A stretch of 63,018 nucleotides of DNA, filler included, from Platydemus manokwari (taxonomy: Eukaryota), in the NCBI GenBank assembly GCA_037951405.1. It is 5 parts of 5 records of this genome, joined end to end, with 100 filler letters (N's around TTAATTAATTAA, not from the genome) between each part and the next. Parts side by side here need not be neighbours in the genome. Positions count along the whole stretch, not along the records: positions 52,879 to 63,018 come from JBBMOY011164546.1; 4 more parts are not named here. One strand, written 5' to 3'. The notes below the pieces were generated by a model. The model had not been told where the DNA came from. It worked only from the letters and a program-made list of their open reading frames with translations, and did not search any database. Numbering within the stretch: the stretch's first letter is position 1; every line of letters begins with the position of its first letter. Of the stretch, positions 60,163 to 63,018 are shown in pieces. A program made the translations under genes and the position numbers.

Positions 60163-62914
60163 TGTTGTTTTCAAGCATTTTGATATTGAATTTTTCATGT
60201 TGCATTTGTGTTTTGATATTTAATATATTTCAATAATTTATTCCTGGCTTTTGATTGGTTGATTTTAATGTGAGTGACTGTGGGTGTGTGTGTGGGTAAT
60301 AATCAATATTGAGGCAGTTCTGAGGTCAGTTGAGAGTTCTGTTTTTTGTTTATTGGATTAATCTCGATTGAAGTTAAATAACTAATTAAGAGTAGTTTAT
60401 GTATTTATTGGGTGATTTAATCGATAATGGTTTAGAAACAATATTACTGTGTAATGTTCGTGTATTGAGCACAGGAATCTTTGTCGGATCATTTCCTGGT
60501 AGCTTATAAATATCGTTGATAAAAATCAACTATTCCAACTTGTATTATCCACTTCCAAGAGAGATTTTATGAGTGTTCGGCCATATATAATAACTAATAT
60601 ATATCTCGGTGTACTATAAGTGTTAAGTAAGAATTACAAATAAAATCTCATGTATTGACTGTTTGAATGATCAATGAAATTGGTAATGATAAAGTGGATA
60701 ATCAATAATATTGTTTTCGCTGGAGAGAGTAGATCGAGTGGAGGTTTTGTGGCGAAGATGAGAACAATAGTAAAGCATTTCGTTGGAATGTAATGTTTGA
60801 ATTTCTCTGTTAATTGAGACATTATCATGAATCAAGGAATGATTCTGATTGACTGAAATCTTAAGTCATTCATCACATAAATAATTCTCTCTCTACATAC
60901 ATTTGATTTATAAAATTCGTTAAACGATTCCAGTTTGGTGTCACCTTAAAGTCACCCCAGTTGTAAACTAAAGGTTAAACGATCAATTGTAATTGAAGAT
61001 CAATTCCATCAAGTTTCAACCCGTAGTTCCTCATGATATTCTTTACAAAAGGGTTTTGTTCATTGGGAGTCCAAAACTTTTGAAAAACCGTGATATTGAA
61101 TTCAAGAATATTTACTGAGATAATCGCAACACTATTTTCTAAAAATATTGATTAAAAACATTCTGTAAAAATTAACGACATAAAGATATCCACAAGGTGC
61201 TCAATTGCGAAATAAGTGCTTTCAAAACCACTGCAGGCGTTAAATTGATTTATATAATAATATAGTTGGAGAATGACTGAAAACCAATTTACTTTATCGC
61301 TTAAGTCGTCATTTCAATTTTTTCACTAAATTTTAGTTTTACTCAAAACTATTTCATTTTTGGAACTAATACCGTTTCAATTGCTTATTTTTGTACGCTC
61401 AGTCCTTCTTATTAATTGAAAATATACTCTATTAATTTGATATACTTTTCTATGCCGATGCAATTCTACTTCAGATAGCCTGGCACATCGTTCTAAATCT
61501 TCGAACAATTGCTTCGTGAAAATTGATAAAATAATATGATACTAGCGGTCATGAGGATAGGTTATATAACAATATTTTCCCAGCAAAAGTGTGTGCAATT
61601 TAATTTGTGTTCGAGGTTCATATGATTTCATCATCATAATTTAGTAAAATAATACACCAGTTACTATTTTCAGTTGCATTTTGTTTTTATTATAAAGTCT
61701 ATTGCCAATCTTAGATAATATTTTTAGACTTTTGTTTTCCTTTCTTGTGACCTTGAATATTATAATTAAACACAAATCTATTGCGTTTAAACAATTCTTT
61801 GTTTTATGTACTTATTTTATATTCGATATTTAATGTAATTTTTTATATTTGCTACGAAAGGTGAATCTAGACAAAGATCTAGATCCATCTTCTCTATTCG
61901 CTCGAATCTAAAATATATAACTACATGTTATTTTTGGAATCTGGGCCAATGTTAATCAATAATCAACTCTTCAAATAAAAGTAAATACAATTAGAGTGAG
62001 GCAATTTAAAATCAAAACCAATATTAGAAACATTATCTTACATCGTTCACATTGTGCTCAAATAAATAGTTGGACGTTAAGGCAAAAGAATAACCTGTGA
62101 TCTAATGCAGGACTCGCATAGGTACTGTAAGGAAGTAGACAGTGTTAATAACAAGAATAAGTTCTATTGAATAATATGGAAAGCAATCAAACGACAATGG
62201 ACTACCAAATTAACATCATACTTACAAAAAACAAAAAACTTATTTGTTTGAAAATAGCTTCCCAGAATTATGAAAAATAAACATTAAAAACGTAAATAAA
62301 CAAACAAAACCTTACCGATATTTTTCCAAAAATAATTTCGAATAATAATAGCTTATTTGATAGAGTTTTCCTGTAATTGATATTTTAAAGTGACGAGTGC
62401 GTAGTAGAAAGATGGTTAAAGTACATAAACTGTCTAAAAACGAGTACATAAATACCTTAAATCTACTAGACAGTCATTAATGACACCAAATAAGACTTTT
62501 ATTGATAATTGATTTTTAATTTTTTGTGAGACACCATTCTAGATTTTATTTTTATTTGTAAAGAAATCAAAGTTTAAAGTATCGACGCATAAATTGGAAT
62601 CAATATATTAATCAGAAATTCAAATAGTCCGAAACAAAATTAAATAATTAGAAATGTTCTCAAGTCGGTCTTTCTATTTTTTGTAAAAACAATTATGTAA
62701 TATTTGGTTGGGTGCCTTGTTATCTACATTCATTGGGTTAGCGTAGGTACATCATTTAAATGTTAAAATCAGTCAGTAAGAAGTTTTGTTACTGTTTAGA
62801 AAACGTATTTCTAAAAGCATATTTTTAAAAGATATTAAAATATTTCCAAGAGAGGTTAAAATAAAGTACATATTGATTAGGAAGCTTAAGATGAGCAAAC
62901 TAACGGATATCGCT

Positions 62915-63018
62915 GAATAGTATGACTACCTCGAATAGTATGACTACCCGAATAGTATGACCAAATTTTCTAAAATTATAGTCATAGTATTTAATAATAT
63001 GTCTACCCAAATAATATG
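62915..63018. repeat. 17-18-bp tandem repeat (GAATAGTATGACTACCC) with an inverted copy
   Basis: Units at 62915, 62933 and 62950, inverted tagtcatagtatt at ~62979, and a degenerate unit from ~62993 running off the window end. Confidence 0.8.

Overview
Very AT-rich eukaryotic (invertebrate metazoan-like) genomic DNA with GT-AG spliceosomal introns and the standard genetic code. The window is not one locus. It is five ~10-15 kb pieces joined by artificial 100-nt spacers (N-run/TTAATTAATTAA/N-run), plus one ordinary N gap. Each piece carries one recognisable gene: a divergent eIF5A (-), an internal 6-exon fragment of a WWP/Su(dx)/ITCH-type WW-HECT E3 ligase (+), SPOUT1/C9orf114 methyltransferase (-), an FHL2-like four-and-a-half-LIM protein (+) and the PRC2 subunit SUZ12 (+). 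The rest is mostly decayed mobile DNA: Buster-type hAT MITEs, R2-superfamily non-LTR remnants, Ty3/gypsy pol remnants, microsatellites, a ~310-bp tandem duplication and small hairpin arrays. I found no convincing new multi-gene system. The best leads are the altered eIF5A hypusine loop, unusual splicing (a dual-frame route through a 29-nt intron, stop-free in-frame introns, candidate 15/21-nt introns, weak donors) and a hairpin array with apparent covariation. All homology calls come from recalled family motifs, not database searches.
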